Positions 61,065 through 64,000 of a DNA stretch of 64,000 nt are shown here, one piece after another. Made by a program: the position numbers and the translations under genes. The stretch lies in the NCBI GenBank assembly GCA_035221665.1, contig CM069132.1:67828001-67892000 (forward strand), given 5' to 3'. The notes below the pieces were generated by a model. That model was not told the origin of the DNA. It made no database searches and was given only the letters and a program-made list of their open reading frames with translations. Origin of the DNA: Okamejei kenojei. Taxonomy: Eukaryota. Each line of letters opens with the position of its first letter. Positions within the stretch are counted from its first letter, which is position 1.

Positions 61065-62326
61065 TCATTAACTAGTCATCACCGCCTTAATTGTAAACTA
61101 CAGCTCTCTCTGTATTTATTGGCACCATGTAGACACAGATTATGAAAACAGACAGGCTAAATTGTCAATACATCTGATGAAAATGTCACATATGTGGAAT
61201 CACAGTTTTGGTTATTCAGCAGTGAGATTCATTTCACGATAATTCTAGGTAAAATGCAAGATCCAACTGTAGAATTCTAGTATGTTTTCAATTGTAACGG
61301 AACAAAGTTTATGTCATTGTACTCTAATGGAAAGTCAACATATATTTTATGCAGTTATCCATGTGGAACAAGATCCTTATTACAGTGTTAGTGTATAAAC
61401 TGGAATGGTCAAATAACTCGTCCGAGTCTAATACATCGTGATAATATGCAGACTGCAGTATGTTGCAAGGCAGTAACCCATCAAGGATGGCTTATCAACC
61501 CCAAGCTAAATTGCTGCCTTGGAACATGTTCCCAAGTGTGTTATTTTGTATAGCTTGTTATTTACTCACTTTACATGGAGAATCAGAATCCCAAACAACA
61601 TCTTGCTCAAGGGCACCTCTTGGGAATGTTTTATTTCCTCATAATCTAAGCTCTTGACTCGAAATGTGTCACCTAGGCGGAGGTTCAGCAAAAGCCTATT
61701 GTGATCCTAACAAGATTATGCAGCTGATGGCTCAAATGGAACTACGGGTCATGTTGAAGCTTTTAATTTTCTTTCATGACTTTGGTATAGATGGGAGTAA
61801 GTCCCAACAACACTCCTTTGATATATTTTTCTCCACTACTGTAATAACGTCATGCCGATGGATGGGCAGTGGGCCAGATATATGAGTGCTTGAGGAAACA
61901 AAATTATACACTGCTGCAGTTCAATCCATGTGAATTGGATATTTCCCATTAAATATCCCTCCCCCCCGACACTTCACACCAGCTTTCCGGCAGGCTTCCG
62001 ATGCACCAAACATTATGTTGTGCAGAGTCATTTTCCTTGTGACTGAGTATTCCAGATCCAATCTTTCTGCTGACAGGATACCACACAATTAAAAAAGTTT
62101 TAACTGTACCTTGATACATGTTATAATAAACTAAGATAGGCTAAATTAAAATGTGTGCCATCATCCACTCCTGATGTTCACCTCAATCAGTGCCCCCCCC
62201 CCACTGGTACTCAACTACATCCCCATAGTTCTTTCTAACCCCAAGTGGTTGGCTGAGATCACCCCTCCAGGGCTCAAGGCTTGCAGAGATGTGTTGAAAA
62301 CTTAGGTCACCCCTCTTACCCGACTG

Positions 62327-62551
62327 GTAGACACAAAATGCTGGAGTTACTCAATGGGTCAGGCAGCATCTCTGGGGAAAATGGATAAGAGACGTCTGGA
62401 AAGGTGGAATCGAGGTATGTGGATATGAGTTTGGTGGGGCTGGAGCAGGTAGAAACAACGGGTCTGCCATGGCAGTTCGGTTTGCAGATTGTGGGTAGGA
62501 GGTAGAAGCAGGCCGTGTGAGGCTTGGGAACAGTGAGATTGGAGGCTGTGT
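62327..62551 (-). mobile_element. Penelope-like RT N-terminal fragment joined to the palindromic-repeat arm
   Basis: Minus strand TASNLTVPKPHTACFYLLPTICKPNCHGRPVVSTCSSPTKLISTYLDS (Penelope LPKIHK..RPIVS motif) followed by CCAGAGATGCTGCCTGACCC..GAGTAACTCCAGCATTTTGTGTCTAC. Confidence 0.78.
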
Positions 62552-64000
62552 TGCACAGTTCCTATGTGGAACCTAGATCTATTAATCACTAGCCATCATG
62601 AACTGATGTAGGCAACTACGGAATTGAGCACTAAAGCTTTCGATTGCAAATGCTGAGAGGTCTGAAATTATTTTAATGAAGTCACAGGGTAAATGTTGTA
62701 CGTGTATCATGCACCAATACACATATGGTCCAGTCTCCTCACAATCTTCAATTTAGCTTCTCAAATCTCTCAGTGTGCATTATGCTGCCAGTGCTACATA
62801 TACTTAGATTATATACATATACAATACTTAGATTATTGTGCTGCATTCTCTGGAGTGAGATTGACCTAACGACCATCTGACTCTGAGGCACTGAGACATC
62901 GTTAGCACAATTGCTGCTTGTCTTGAACTTCTGTTTTATTTCTGCCATTACTAGATGTTATTGTTAGAAGCTGGTTTGTGTGTTGTGGCATATGTTGCTT
63001 ATAGTTCGAGGAAACCAGAACAAGTTTATGCATGCAGCATTTGTGCAGCCACAGGCATAAGAAAGGCATGACCTAGGGATTGCGACCTTTCAGGAATTCT
63101 TCGCCATCATGTTATAATGTTAAACAGTGGCAAATAATGTTGTAGCAAGAGAGAAGGTATGTTTTTCCCTCATGACTTTATTTCACACGTTTACCTTTAG
63201 CCCCTGACAGTTACAAAGTAAATGCCATGAAGTACAGTCAAGTAATGCTAAGGGCAGTGAGAGTTCTCAAAGGACTCATCTTTAGGCAGAGTCAAAAATT
63301 CTCAAGTGAAAAGACTTTGGTTGTAATTTTGTATCTGTTGCTTTCAGTGCAAACAGGGTCAGAGTTTCCAATTTGGCACAGTGAAGTTGGCAAATATTAA
63401 CAGAAGTACTGCAAGGTAAAAAAAAACGAAAATACCCCTACATGTACAAAGATGTCGTCTAAATCTTCTCAACATGTTGCAGAGGTGAGGAATCTTATCT
63501 ATCACCCAAGCATTTTAGAAAATTGCAGTGGGGATCATATGTGGTTTTTTGGTGTAACCCAATCATGGCTGATGTCAAATCGCATTTCCCTATTTTAACA
63601 AAATTGCCCTTATTTTATATTTTTCATACAAAATCTTTGGGAAGCTTTTTTGGAATTATAGTTTATTGCCGCTGTATGATTTGGAGGAATTCCTTGGTTC
63701 TTTAATTACTTTTGTATATAAAAAAACATCCATCCGTTTGAAGAAGCAATTTAAACAATAGAGTAACGGCAGCATATTTTGCAGCTTTATTATTTGAATA
63801 AACAGATTTTTAAAATGAATTCTTATAACTTGGAGTTGAAAGATTAGGCAATGTTCCGCACTGTAACGACAAGCCAGTTTGTACTTAACCAGGCCAGCAC
63901 CTTGAACTCTCGCCATGGGATTCCTACAGCTGCACTGACCATTTTGCGAGGTTAATTAAGCCGGGGGAGTCTCTGTGCAGCTGACCTGTGAAGTGAAGCG

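Noticed and set aside
60700-61145. Proline- or glycine-rich protein ORFs
   Set aside because: Open in all frames because of the low-complexity minisatellite
63656-63916. Minus-strand ORF starting CCATGG (MARVQGAG..)
   Set aside because: Short, unrecognised, no canonical splice donor, and at the window edge

Overview
Vertebrate non-coding DNA. The HE1/V-SINE, HER1/CR1 LINE, Rex1 and Penelope repeat set points to a cartilaginous fish, most likely a skate or ray. No host protein-coding exon, rRNA or intact tRNA gene can be supported; a large share of the window is transposable-element debris. It contains many CR1 fragments, Rex1/Babar LINEs (30614-33078, 56961-58450) and an L1/Tx1-type LINE with a 5' inversion (14286-18570). 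It also contains three related, internally deleted Gypsy elements, a solo LTR, a small TRIM-like LTR element whose primer-binding site extends into a 48-nt antisense tRNA-Leu copy, and a DIRS element (gag, RT, RNase H, methyltransferase; recombinase deleted). DNA transposons comprise six PIF/Harbinger-type MITEs (TWA target duplications) and a MULE-like foldback element (9-bp TSD). Penelope-derived palindromic repeats carry hammerhead-ribozyme-like cores, and there are two multi-level nested insertion stacks. Family names come from recognised motifs, not database searches.
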